A stretch of DNA of 64,000 nucleotides from an uncultured Porphyromonas sp. (GCF_938023125.1 NZ_CALHDW010000017.1:218289-282288), one strand, 5' to 3'; numbered from the stretch's first letter, positions 38,342-48,176 are shown. The notes: generated from the sequence alone by a model not told the origin. Program-made: numbers and translations.

Positions 38342-39148
38342 TTACTTAGAAGATTTTGAGTTGCGTACCACAGTCATAACGAGGGTTGAGACGGAGGTGA
38401 CACTTCCCACAAGGCTAAGCCATACCCCAACGTTATTATTTTGGTTTATCTCACTCATCTGTATTTTGGTATTGTTGGGATTCACAAATACCACATCATT
38501 TTGTGCCAGATAGAAACAAGGGGATCGGAAGACCTCTTTAGACCGCAAGTCGTGCGTATAGATCTCTCGCTTGCCATTGGCTTCACGCACCACTATTACG
38601 TTGTCTCGCCGGCCATAGATTGTCATATCCCCGGCCATCCCAATAGCATCAAAAAGGGTAACTCGCTCATTGTCGATTGTATAGCTACCGGGGCGAGCCA
38701 CTTCTCCCAAAACGGTTATCTTAAAGTTCTGAAAACTAATGGTCACGATAGGCTCTTTGATATAGTTTCCGGCGACAAGCTCTCGCGAGATCTTATCAAT
38801 AAGTTGCTGTTTTGTAAGCCCGGAAGCATTTACTTTCCCCAGAAGAGGGAAGGTAATCGTACCATCAGTGCCCACCAAATGGCCCTGCAAGTATTGTACC
38901 CCTATACCACGACCTACCGACGAGGTATAGCTCACCATCGGCAAATTGAAGGGGGCGGATAACTCCGGATTCTTTGAATTTACAGTAATAGATAGCAGGT
39001 CACCGGGTTGTATTGTAGGCTCCAGGCGAGTATAAGCGGCACTCTCAATGCTATCGAGATCTTGTAGATAAAGTACATTCTTTGCCGAGCGACAAGAGGC
39101 TGTCAAGAGCAACAGCAGTACAACGGATAGTATATCTAATCTCTTCAT
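38342..39148 (-). CDS. Wza-type polysaccharide export outer-membrane lipoprotein
   Basis: Start at MKRLDILSVVLLLLLTASC (lipobox). Poly_export/SLBB architecture (PGDLLSITV..., LGEVARPGSY). Confidence 0.85.
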   Translation of the reverse strand: MKRLDILSVVLLLLLTASCRSAKNVLYLQDLDSIESAAYTRLEPTIQPGDLLSITVNSKNPELSAPFNLPMVSYTSSVGRGIGVQYLQGHLVGTDGTITFPLLGKVNASGLTKQQLIDKISRELVAGNYIKEPIVTISFQNFKITVLGEVARPGSYTIDNERVTLFDAIGMAGDMTIYGRRDNVIVVREANGKREIYTHDLRSKEVFRSPCFYLAQNDVVFVNPNNTKIQMSEINQNNNVGVWLSLVGSVTSVSTLVMTVVRNSKSSK

Positions 39149-39212
39149 TCCTTTATATTCATCAAAACGAACCGACCACAAGACTTGGGATACGGCATAC
39201 AATCTTCGGCTA

Positions 39213-39220
39213 CAAAGGTA
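39213..39220 (-). promoter_or_regulatory. candidate -7 box TACCTTTG (minus strand) for the wza operon
   Basis: Plus-strand caaaggta lies about 65 nt upstream of the wza ATG. Confidence 0.35.
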
Positions 39221-39399
39221 GTTTTTTTCTTAGATAAAGTAGCGCTCCTGCCACTTTCTCTAAGAGGGGATCTCTCCTCAGCAATAGATCAATCTTAAAC
39301 GGAGTACACACTAGAATCTTTAGGAGTCGAAGCTGGTTCTCACCTCCCCTCCCGCCCCAAAAAGGAGAGAAAATCAGCCAAGAAGACGACAAAAAGAGA

Positions 39400-40536
39400 C
39401 TACTTCTTTTTCCTCTTTAGCCACTTAGGCAAGAGACCGCTCCTCCCCTCTCGGGTTGAATGAGAGCGAGCGGCCGAGCCGGGCACGTAGTCGTGGCGGA
39501 ATATGTTGAGTAGCAGAATCAGAAGCGAGAGAAGAAGGGGGCCAAAAATCACACCCCAGAACCCGAAGATACTTACCCCAAAAATAACCCCAAAGACAGT
39601 CACAAGGGGATGAATATCCGCAAGTGACTTCTGCAGCAGGAAGCGAATTACATTATCAATCCCCCCGATGACAAAAAATCCATAAATCAGAAGTCCTACA
39701 CAAGAGCCCCAACTCCCCGCAAAGCCTAGAGCAAGAGCGAGAGGTACGTAAACGACCATAGTACCCACCATGGGGATGATGGTAGCGAAGGCGGTGAGCA
39801 CAGCGTAGAACAACGCTCCCTCTATACCAAAGAAGAGATAGCCGAGATAGGCAAATCCGCCTTGCACGATAGCGAGCAGGGGAATACCCACAGCGTTGGC
39901 TGCAATGATGCGCTGAGTCTCAGACACCAAGATGCGTTTATTTTCTTCTGTAAAGGGGAGTAGCTCTCGGATGGCCGTCTCGAAATACTCTCGCTCGTAG
40001 AGCATATAGTAGAGCACAAAGAGCAGTACAACGCTATTGACCACGAGAGAATAGACCCCGACAACAATCTTTGTTGTAAAGGCTTGCCCCATCTTAGTAA
40101 GGGCCGGGAGCACCTGATCGACAAAGAATCCGTCCCGTTTTATAAAGTCCACACCAACCCAGTCTTTGGCCTCATCTACCCATTGTACCGCTTGATGGTA
40201 CCATTGATTCAGATCGATCTCAGTGTGTGTAAAGAGGTCTATCAGCATAGACGCAATACCGGCAAGCGGGAGCAGGAAAAGGAAAAGCGTCTCGAGAATA
40301 AGAATAAAGGCAGCTAATCCACGAGGGAAATGCCACTTCTTAGTGAGGAATCTCATCTGCCCTCGCAAGGCTGAAAACAGCGTAATAGCCCCTAAGAATC
40401 CACTCAAGTAGGGCAGGGCCTCTCGTCCAAAAATAAGCGTAAGCAATAGGATAGGCAACAAGATTGCCCACATAAAAACGGATCGATTGGCAGAAGGACT
40501 AAGACCTTTGAAGCCTTCTTGAGGACTTGATTCCAT
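39400..40536 (-). CDS. AI-2E family transporter (PerM/UPF0118)
   Basis: 378 aa with 8 predicted TM segments and the characteristic Gly-rich C-terminal helices. Confidence 0.75.
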   Translation of the reverse strand: MESSPQEGFKGLSPSANRSVFMWAILLPILLLTLIFGREALPYLSGFLGAITLFSALRGQMRFLTKKWHFPRGLAAFILILETLFLFLLPLAGIASMLIDLFTHTEIDLNQWYHQAVQWVDEAKDWVGVDFIKRDGFFVDQVLPALTKMGQAFTTKIVVGVYSLVVNSVVLLFVLYYMLYEREYFETAIRELLPFTEENKRILVSETQRIIAANAVGIPLLAIVQGGFAYLGYLFFGIEGALFYAVLTAFATIIPMVGTMVVYVPLALALGFAGSWGSCVGLLIYGFFVIGGIDNVIRFLLQKSLADIHPLVTVFGVIFGVSIFGFWGVIFGPLLLSLLILLLNIFRHDYVPGSAARSHSTREGRSGLLPKWLKRKKK

Positions 40537-40551
40537 ATACTTTAGGATTAT

Positions 40552-41610
40552 CTAGACAATAAGTTTTACCAAAAAATAACCACCTACCGTAAGCCAAACA
40601 TAGAGTACGGCAGCGAGAGCAAAGGGCTTAAATCCCGCCTCACGGAAGCGAGCAAATACGGCATCTGTACCAATAGCCGCCATGGCCATAGTGAGCATAA
40701 AGTCGTCTACCCCGCGAATAATGCTGCGCACAGAAGCATAGGTATCTTCTAATCCGTAGCTAGCGGCCCAGGATAGGAGGAGTGTATTGAGCCCAATAAT
40801 GATAAGGAACCAAACGGCAAACCAAGGGATAGCAATGCGTTTTGTAGCCCGAGTCTCTCCTTTGTTTCCCTTTTGGAAGAACATCCCCAGCACAATAAGC
40901 ACGGGGGCCAGGAGTATTACTCGTATCATTTTGGCAATGGTGGCCGTACCGGCAATGTCAAAGGCACTTGCCACACTAGTTGCCTGCATAGCAGCTCCCG
41001 CACCCGCTACATGAGCGACCTCGTGCAGAGTAGACCCGGTATATACCGCAACTTGGGCATCGGTCATATCGTAAACTCCTAATTGATAGAGGACGGGATA
41101 TAGAAACATCGAGAGCGTTCCAAACAAAACCACCGTAGAAACTGCTACCACCGTTTTGGCAGAATTGGCACCCACAACCGGCTCACTAGCCAGTACAGCT
41201 GCAGCCCCACAGACGGCACTCCCCGCAGAGGTTAGCATAGAAGTCTCCCTATCTAGACGGAGCCAACGCCCCACCATTGCCCCTAGCAATAGGGTAGAAG
41301 AAACCACGATTGTATCGACTAAGAGCGTAGCCCAGCCTGCTGCCCACACATCCGAGAGCGTAAGTCGGAAACCATAAAAGACAATCGCAAGGCGTAAGAT
41401 GCGCTTCCCTACGAATTTTAATCCGGGAGTCATCCCCTCGGGCAGACGGCTCCGTATCGTATTGGCTAGGATAAGACCAAGCACAATACCAATGATCAAA
41501 GGAGATAGGTGTAGTGTGGTAATAAAAGGGATCTTAGCAAGGCAAACGGCAATTGCAGCTAATGCAATCGTCAGCAAAACCCCAAGGTAATAATGCCAAT
41601 TACGTTGCAT
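40552..41610 (-). CDS. YeiH/UPF0324 family putative sulfate exporter-type membrane protein
   Basis: 352 aa and polytopic, with an internal repeat architecture. Confidence 0.7.
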   Translation of the reverse strand: MQRNWHYYLGVLLTIALAAIAVCLAKIPFITTLHLSPLIIGIVLGLILANTIRSRLPEGMTPGLKFVGKRILRLAIVFYGFRLTLSDVWAAGWATLLVDTIVVSSTLLLGAMVGRWLRLDRETSMLTSAGSAVCGAAAVLASEPVVGANSAKTVVAVSTVVLFGTLSMFLYPVLYQLGVYDMTDAQVAVYTGSTLHEVAHVAGAGAAMQATSVASAFDIAGTATIAKMIRVILLAPVLIVLGMFFQKGNKGETRATKRIAIPWFAVWFLIIIGLNTLLLSWAASYGLEDTYASVRSIIRGVDDFMLTMAMAAIGTDAVFARFREAGFKPFALAAVLYVWLTVGGYFLVKLIV

Positions 41611-41623
41611 CGTCAGAGAGGAA

Positions 41624-42259
41624 TTAAGTGAACTTAATCAAGCACATAGCTAGCCCAACAAAAGAGATTCCGATAAAAACAAGGGCCAATATCTTATTGA
41701 AGATCCTCAGGCCTCCCACCGACACATTCTCTTTGAGGCGCAATACAAGGTAGGTAATTACAAACCACCAAGAGATCGCACCCAGCGCTATTGAGAGCAT
41801 TGCCACCACAAAGTGCCATCCCAAAGTAGGCGTATCGGGCACAAAATTGTAGCGGCTATAAAAGGCCATATACACGAAAGCAATAAGCGGGTTGCCCAAG
41901 GCAAAGAAAAAGGACGAAGTCATCAACTTCCAGGCACTTTTACTCTTTCCATCGTCCACCACATCGTAACTCGGGAGAGAGAAATACATATGAATACCAA
42001 AAGCGAGCACCACAAGGCTTCCGAGAATCTGCAAAAAGAACTCGTATCGGTAGATAAAATCGAGTACCATCGTGATCCCTTTGTAGGAAGCGGCAGCATA
42101 GAGCAAATCGCTAATCATGGCTCCTACGCCCGTGATCAACCCCTCTCTACGCCCACGATGTAGCGTACGACGCACACAGAGCACCCCCACGGGACCCATA
42201 GGTGCAGAGACCAGAACCCCGATTAAGAAACCTAGTACTATCGTCGTTAGCAACCACAT
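41624..42259 (-). CDS. LysE/RhtB family amino-acid exporter
   Basis: 211 aa with 6 TM segments. The LysE-type N-terminus is MWLLTTIVLGFLIGVLVSAPMGPVGVLCV. Confidence 0.7.
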   Translation of the reverse strand: MWLLTTIVLGFLIGVLVSAPMGPVGVLCVRRTLHRGRREGLITGVGAMISDLLYAAASYKGITMVLDFIYRYEFFLQILGSLVVLAFGIHMYFSLPSYDVVDDGKSKSAWKLMTSSFFFALGNPLIAFVYMAFYSRYNFVPDTPTLGWHFVVAMLSIALGAISWWFVITYLVLRLKENVSVGGLRIFNKILALVFIGISFVGLAMCLIKFT

Positions 42260-42390
42260 TATATTTTCTCTCCGAAGGAAAACTCTTTCGTCACAAGCCC
42301 TCCGCTATTCCCTACAAAGATAAGCAACTCACACTAAACAAAGCCTATCTCTCTCCCAAAAACAAAGAAATTACGGAAGTAGACTCGCCT

Positions 42391-43911
42391 CTAAAGAGAG
42401 GACCTCTTACCCGTAGAGAGCATACTTAGAGCTGCGAACTCAATTTTGTGGGGTTGCTCCGCTCGAGAGAGCCTGGGCTTGATCCATGCAGAAAGCGCCT
42501 CAGCCGTGAGATGAGAATCCGTAGAAAGCTCTACACGTGCGGCCAGCACGCTACCAAACTCGGGGTGCGGGGTCGTATACACTTGGGCAGCAATTACCTC
42601 GGGATGACTCTCTATCACACGCTCCACTACCTCCGGATAAACATTTTCTCCGCCACAGACGGCCATCCTATCGACTCGCCCCCGGTGGAAATAGGATCCC
42701 TCCTTACTGCACCACACCCGATCTCCGGTTGCCTGCCAGCTGTTGCGCCTAGCCTGCATGGCCCAGCGCGACGAAACCCACAGCTCCCCTACTCCATCTG
42801 CATCCGAGTTGTGCACCCTACATCTTACCCCACGGATAGGGAATCCCAAGGTTGTCTCCTCGGGATAGGCATCCAGAGCCTGAGGAGTTGCGAGAAGAAA
42901 GAATCCGGCTTCTGAGGTGCCATAGAGATTATAAATGATGGGAGCAACCTCCCGATGCACTCGCTCTACAAGCTTGCGGTCGAGACGATCCCCTCCAGAA
43001 ATAACACAACGCAGACTCTTCATCTTACTTGCTGCCTGAGGCAAAAGCATCATACGAGCCAGCATCACAGGCACTATTGGCAAAACATCCACTCCGTAGC
43101 GTTCAATCCCCTCCAACGCCTCCTCAGCACGAAAACGGCGGGTGAGCCAGACCCGTTTTCCCATCACCCAAGCGACGAACAAGGTGGCCAAACCAAAGCC
43201 ATGAAATAGGGGTAAAGCAAGGTAGGTTGTACTCCCCCGATGAATCCCAATCGACCGAATGAGGGCAAGCAAAGGCGGTAAGAAATTGACCGCAGAAGGG
43301 CGACGATCGGCAGATTTGTAACTACCACTTGATCCGCCCGTAAGCACAGAGAGTTCGGCGCCTCGGCCAATACGGGGTAAAGAGCGGTGAGACTTTCCGT
43401 TATCTTCCGAGCGCACTCTACCCAGCTCTTCCGTGGTAAGGAGGGGCATGGGCGCTTCTTTGCCAGAAAAATAACGCTGACGAAACTCCTCATCCAGGAT
43501 CAAAAGATCATACTTCCGCCCCTCTAGGAAGCGCTCCAACTGCTCTTCACTCATATCGGTATTGAGTAGATAGGCTCCAATCCCCAAGCGGGAGAGAGCC
43601 GGTAAAAGAAGAGCCAACTCTAGGTGATTGCGACAGAGAAGAGCGACTCGCCCCCCTCGCTTGCAATACCCCTTCTCTTGAAAACGACGAGCCAGACGCA
43701 GAGACTCTTGGTAGAGTTGCCTATAGGTCAGAGCCCCCCCCTCGTAGAGGAGTGCTTCTCGCTGAGGATAAATGGTAGCAGCATACCCGAGGAGCGTCAT
43801 AAGGGAGACCCCATCTCGCCAAAAAGCCCGCACCCATGCAATAATCCCCCGAGGGGTAATAAAATGCAATTGACGGAGAGCCGCAGAGAGGGAATAGGTT
43901 GGTTGGTGCAT
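42391..43911 (-). CDS. AMP-dependent synthetase/ligase (acyl-CoA or acyl-ACP synthetase family)
   Basis: 506 aa. The YGTSE adenylation motif is present, and there is a degenerate P-loop LTGGSSGSYKSA (Tyr in place of the usual aliphatic residue). Confidence 0.75.
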   Translation of the reverse strand: MHQPTYSLSAALRQLHFITPRGIIAWVRAFWRDGVSLMTLLGYAATIYPQREALLYEGGALTYRQLYQESLRLARRFQEKGYCKRGGRVALLCRNHLELALLLPALSRLGIGAYLLNTDMSEEQLERFLEGRKYDLLILDEEFRQRYFSGKEAPMPLLTTEELGRVRSEDNGKSHRSLPRIGRGAELSVLTGGSSGSYKSADRRPSAVNFLPPLLALIRSIGIHRGSTTYLALPLFHGFGLATLFVAWVMGKRVWLTRRFRAEEALEGIERYGVDVLPIVPVMLARMMLLPQAASKMKSLRCVISGGDRLDRKLVERVHREVAPIIYNLYGTSEAGFFLLATPQALDAYPEETTLGFPIRGVRCRVHNSDADGVGELWVSSRWAMQARRNSWQATGDRVWCSKEGSYFHRGRVDRMAVCGGENVYPEVVERVIESHPEVIAAQVYTTPHPEFGSVLAARVELSTDSHLTAEALSAWIKPRLSRAEQPHKIEFAALSMLSTGKRSSL

Positions 43912-43929
43912 ATAGGGATAGAAGAGATA

Positions 43930-44784
43930 TCAGTGAGACATGCGTCGGTAGACATAGGTTACGAGCCCACGAAAGAGGGAAGACAAAGGAGAAGAGAGTC
44001 GAGCCCACCAAGGAGCATAAGAAGATCTCCGTCCAACGGCCAAGCGGATAAGCCGAGTAGCCGCCTCCTCCGCGGTGTAGCCGGGGAGATGGACGTAGCG
44101 AGGATTAACGTCGGCCATGGAGGTATGTACAAGGGGCATGTAGGCAATGCGTACGCGCACTCCACGCAAAGCCCACTCCTCACGAGCTGTACGCAACCAA
44201 ATATCCGCAGCCCCCTTTGAGGCATGATAGGCTGCCCAATGGGGAGCAGGAGGGTACAATAGACTTACCGAGGAGGTATAAACGACTACTCCCCGAGCCG
44301 CTGCGAGGGCCGGATAGAGAGCCTGCGCTAGGTAGACCATGGCACGGTAGTTTAGATCAATCGTACGATCAAAGTCGTGTAACCGATCTTGAGAGTCTTC
44401 CAAAGAGCGGCAAATCGACTTTCCGGCATTGGCGAAGAAATAATCCACTCGAGGGTAACGCTCCGCAAGAGTACGGCAGAGAGCAGCAAGAGCCTCTCGC
44501 TCTCGAAGGTCTACAGCGTAGCACTCCGCTGATGCTCCCAAAGCCTCCACCTCCTGAGCAAGTTGCAGCAATTCGGACTCCGAGCGAGCCACCAAAACGA
44601 AATGCCCCCGATAGGATTGCAGCAGACGAACAAGGGCCGCTCCGATCCCTCTCGAAGCCCCCGTTACCACTACAATGCGCTGAGCAAACCTCCTTTGCAA
44701 CAAGGAAGAGGACAGCCCCCATGAGGGGTACAACAATCTTTTAATCCATCGGGCCATACACTCCATCAAGGCACATAAAAGCAT
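43930..44784 (-). CDS. short-chain dehydrogenase/reductase (SDR)
   Basis: VVVTGASRGIGAAL (TGxxxGxG) and the catalytic YHASKGAAD (YxxxK). The start codon is uncertain (M1, M7 or M10). Confidence 0.8.
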   Translation of the reverse strand: MLLCALMECMARWIKRLLYPSWGLSSSLLQRRFAQRIVVVTGASRGIGAALVRLLQSYRGHFVLVARSESELLQLAQEVEALGASAECYAVDLREREALAALCRTLAERYPRVDYFFANAGKSICRSLEDSQDRLHDFDRTIDLNYRAMVYLAQALYPALAAARGVVVYTSSVSLLYPPAPHWAAYHASKGAADIWLRTAREEWALRGVRVRIAYMPLVHTSMADVNPRYVHLPGYTAEEAATRLIRLAVGRRSSYAPWWARLSSPLSSLFRGLVTYVYRRMSH

Positions 44785-44848
44785 AGGCCGCTCTGCTCCT
44801 CTTGGGATGCACGGGCCACCTATGCTATAAATCCTAAGTCCAAAGGTA

Positions 44849-46096
44849 TTACAAAGTCACCTTTATGGTCACAGGTTCTTTGCCCTCAGCCTCTACAACC
44901 ACGAGGTAATTACCCGAGGCAAGTGCAGCCGAGAGAGAAACCGTACCATAGGGCAAAGATTGAGTGGACAAGCGCTTTCCCTCAAGAGTATAGAGAGTTG
45001 CCGCATAACCACTAGCGGGGGTAACAACCCATATTTTCCCCTCATAGGTAAAAGCATATGGGGTGCTAGACGAGGTGGTTTCTTCCAACGCTTTCTCACA
45101 TCCGGTAGCATCCCCCTTCTGGTCTATTACCCAATTGTTTTCTTCTGCGAGGCTACTTTTGGCAGTCTTGGCACCGGGGTTGTTCTTTACAAGAAGATCT
45201 TTTCCAACAGTGATTTTCTGCGCCTTTTTGGGGAGGGCTCGGTAGAGATCATCAAGAGCACACGCATCCATCTTGTTGTTTGTGAGGTCTACAATGGCCA
45301 ATGACGAGTTGTCCTTTGCTTTTACTTCGAGCAATTCATTCCCATCAACCTCTAGTTTAACGAGGGAAGAAAGACCCGAAATATTAATGTTGGTCAGCTG
45401 GTTTCCCTTTGCCTTTATCGTCTTGAGTTTGGGGCAAACAGAGAAGTCAATGCTCCCCGCAAGGCTGTTTTTACTGCATTCTAGGCTTTCCAAATCCTCC
45501 AATTTGGAGAGATCTAGCGTCGTAAATTCATTATCTCTGATACTAAAATTGCGGAGATTAGGACAGTGTTGTAGACTAAAGGATTTCAGTCCACAGCCAT
45601 CCAGACGAAGATCTTCCAATTTCTTGAAGTACGTTCCATACATATCTTCGAGCTTATTACGAGAGAGATTTAGATAGGTCAAATTGGGGCATTGTTCAAG
45701 CGCAATCCACGAGAGCTTGTTGTCGGGAGCAGAGAATTCGGAAATGTCACTTATACCTGCGAATTCTATGCGTGTAAGCGACAACCCTGCAACGGATAGC
45801 GAGGTGATGGCATCTTTGTCGAAATAATAAATCACAATGCGCCCCGTGGAGGTTGTACCCGATAGCTCGCCTCCGGCTTCGGCCACTTGCTCCGGGGTGT
45901 AGTCTTTTTGTACTTCGCCCCATTTGATCTTAATGGGCTTGATCGTTTGCATCGTCAAGGTCAGTTCGTCCGTTTTATTCTCTGTGGTGAGAATGATAGC
46001 CAAAGGGGCCTCGGGGTATTGTGCCCAACTTTTTGAGATACATCCAAGGGCAAATAGCCCGAAGATAAGTGATAAGAGTACTTGCTTTTTCATCAT
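44849..46096 (-). CDS. BspA-type LRR surface protein with T9SS C-terminal domain
   Basis: Signal MMKKQVLLSLIFGLFALGCISKSWAQ. LRRs of the form CPNLTYLNLSRNKLE.../LDLSKLEDLESLECSKN. C-terminus YTLEGKRLSTQSLPYGTVSLSAALASGNYLVVVEAEGKEPVTIKVTL. Confidence 0.75.
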   Translation of the reverse strand: MMKKQVLLSLIFGLFALGCISKSWAQYPEAPLAIILTTENKTDELTLTMQTIKPIKIKWGEVQKDYTPEQVAEAGGELSGTTSTGRIVIYYFDKDAITSLSVAGLSLTRIEFAGISDISEFSAPDNKLSWIALEQCPNLTYLNLSRNKLEDMYGTYFKKLEDLRLDGCGLKSFSLQHCPNLRNFSIRDNEFTTLDLSKLEDLESLECSKNSLAGSIDFSVCPKLKTIKAKGNQLTNINISGLSSLVKLEVDGNELLEVKAKDNSSLAIVDLTNNKMDACALDDLYRALPKKAQKITVGKDLLVKNNPGAKTAKSSLAEENNWVIDQKGDATGCEKALEETTSSSTPYAFTYEGKIWVVTPASGYAATLYTLEGKRLSTQSLPYGTVSLSAALASGNYLVVVEAEGKEPVTIKVTL

Positions 46097-46129
46097 GAAA
46101 AATGTTTTATAGAGTATGACTATTTGTGT

Positions 46130-47806
46130 CTATTGCTGGATATTCCAACCCTTGTCTCTAGCGATCTGGAGAGAACTCTTGGCGGCATTGGGGACCTCTC
46201 GCAGATTGAGTACACACTTCCAAGGCTTCTCATCATCTGCGATGGGGATACCCCTTACATCGGGCAATGCAGTATATATGGCGTTCAACTCTTCGGTTGT
46301 CAGCCCTACCCGAGCGAGCTGTAAGGTAAGGAGATGGGAGAGGGGAGGAAGTGCTCCCAAGGTCTTTAGCTGTGTATCAGAGAGCGTTAGTTCTTCTAAA
46401 AGAGCATGTTTACTCACATCTATACTACGCAACGGATTTGTGGACAAGGCCAAGTTGCGAAGGGCAAGGTTAGCTGCGAGATCCACCTCTTGCAATTGAT
46501 TTTTTTGCGCATAGAGGAGATTGAGCTTGGGACACGACAATAAGTTTAGATGGGAAATCTCGTTTTTATAGCAGTGCAATTCCTCCAAACGAGGGTTACG
46601 ATGGAGATCAAGAGACTTCAGTTTATTATTACCAACAGAGAGGAAGCGCAAGGCAGGACACTTGCTCAAGTCTAACTGCTGTAGATTGCTCCCAATAAGA
46701 CGAAGCTCTTCGAGTTTAGAGGCATCGCCTATAGCAATGGCATCTAATTTCGCACCAAACACGCCAAAAGAGGTAGCCTTGGGAGCCACTACACGCAGGG
46801 TCGTACCTAGGATAGTGCCTTTAATCGTCTTCTCAAGCTCGTAGTTGCCTGCCGAGTACTCTTTGTTTGTTCCATCGCCCCAATCTATTGTAAAAACCTC
46901 CGGAGACTCAATCATAATAAAGAGAGAAGATGTACCTCCGGGGGTTGGAGTCAAGAGGAAAGTGGCCTCCCCAGGTTCTTCAGGCTCTACAGAGGGCTCG
47001 TCACTTTCGAAGAAATCGAACATCATAAAGGTCTTGCCCGCCATGATCCTAGGCCCATAATAGCACATCATGCGGAGAGCTGCACTCCACCCCACGGCGG
47101 TAGGATATACATTCTCGTTGTTGTAGCCGTAGAAGCGGAAGCCCCATTGAGAGACGAGATCTTGGGCTTTAGGGGTGGGCTTTCCCCCTTCGTCAAGCGT
47201 CCAGTACTCCTCGTAATCATCTACACATACACGGCTCTCAGCCAAGGTTCCTCTCTCAAAAAAGTATTCCCTAAAGGGATAAGTATTTTCGTTAATCCGG
47301 AAGGTTATATAAGTTTCATCCTCGCTATCAGGCACCTTTCCACTAAGAAAAACTTCGCCGCCATGCTCCGCTTCCCAAGCTTTCACTTCTTCCTCTGTTG
47401 CCCCCATTTTGAGCCAAGGAAGCATTGGGAAACGCTCCTGATCAAACGTCGGAGCAACCACAGAGACATGCACTACTTGGCGAGAACCCTTGTATTTGAG
47501 AAGGATCTCTGTACTCCCCTCTGCTAGAGCCTTAATGCACAACCTCTGATCAATCGAAACGATATTGGGGTCTTTTACTTCACTTTCGATCTCCCCGATA
47601 GGGACATTTACTTTGAGGATAAAGTCCGTTCCCACCTCCATCTGCACAAGCGTATCGGAGAGCAAAAAAAGAGGCAAAGTCTCGGAGCCACTCCCTGAGG
47701 GACTACAACTAGAAATAAAGAACACCAACAACCCTAATAGAAGTAAGGGGAAAGAGCGTCTAGTGGACGGAAGGAATCCGGATAAAGCTACTCTATTTGT
47801 ATTCAT
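46130..47806 (-). CDS. LRR-containing lipoprotein with Big_2-like and beta-sandwich N-terminal domains (no T9SS CTD)
   Basis: Lipobox FFISSC. Ig-like segment IKALAEGSTEILLKYKGSRQVVHVSV and an IDWGDG motif, then LRRs (LDLSKCPALRFLSVGNNKLKSLDLHRNPRLEEL...). The start taken is ATG at 47806; the ORF track begins 9 nt further upstream. Confidence 0.7.
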   Translation of the reverse strand: MNTNRVALSGFLPSTRRSFPLLLLGLLVFFISSCSPSGSGSETLPLFLLSDTLVQMEVGTDFILKVNVPIGEIESEVKDPNIVSIDQRLCIKALAEGSTEILLKYKGSRQVVHVSVVAPTFDQERFPMLPWLKMGATEEEVKAWEAEHGGEVFLSGKVPDSEDETYITFRINENTYPFREYFFERGTLAESRVCVDDYEEYWTLDEGGKPTPKAQDLVSQWGFRFYGYNNENVYPTAVGWSAALRMMCYYGPRIMAGKTFMMFDFFESDEPSVEPEEPGEATFLLTPTPGGTSSLFIMIESPEVFTIDWGDGTNKEYSAGNYELEKTIKGTILGTTLRVVAPKATSFGVFGAKLDAIAIGDASKLEELRLIGSNLQQLDLSKCPALRFLSVGNNKLKSLDLHRNPRLEELHCYKNEISHLNLLSCPKLNLLYAQKNQLQEVDLAANLALRNLALSTNPLRSIDVSKHALLEELTLSDTQLKTLGALPPLSHLLTLQLARVGLTTEELNAIYTALPDVRGIPIADDEKPWKCVLNLREVPNAAKSSLQIARDKGWNIQQ

Positions 47807-47994
47807 ACAACCCACACAATAAGTGAATGCTACATACTTTCATCTCCTTTAAAACGGAGAGAGAAAAAGAAGTAAAGCCTCTCTGAGAGAAAACAAAAGG
47901 GCTTCTTCTATACTCAAATGAAAAGAAAGAACTACAAACTTATAGATCTGCTCCACAAATATACAACAAACCACAAGAGATGACAAAAGAAAAG

Positions 47995-48022
47995 TGCCCC
48001 TCAACTCAACGTTGAGAGGCAC
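47995..48022 (-). terminator. rho-independent terminator downstream of tRNA-Glu
   Basis: Stem gtgcccctcaac/gttgagaggcac (one mismatch). On the minus strand it is followed by ttttcttttgtc. Confidence 0.5.
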
Positions 48023-48037
48023 CTTTACCCTCGTTTG

Positions 48038-48109
48038 TAGCCCCTAGGGGAATCGAACCCCTCTTTCAAGGATGAAAACCTTGCGTCCTAACCGATAGAC
48101 GAAAGGGCC
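48038..48109 (-). tRNA. tRNA-Glu (UUC)
   Basis: The reverse complement reads GGCCCTTTCGTCTATCGGTTAGGACGCAAGGTTTTCATCCTTGAAAGAGGGGTTCGATTCCCCTAGGGGCTA. It has 7-bp acceptor, D, anticodon (loop TTTTCAT, anticodon TTC) and T arms, and CCA is not encoded. Confidence 0.85.
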
Positions 48110-48176
48110 ATAACCCTAAGCAATTGAGTAGAGCGTCATCCGCAAGGTTCCAGACCCCTATTCCAAATTGCGGTGA

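Noticed and set aside
39210-39392. 60-aa ORF between wza and the AI-2E transporter gene
   Set aside because: It overlaps the candidate promoter region of wza, has no domain and no sensible start context.
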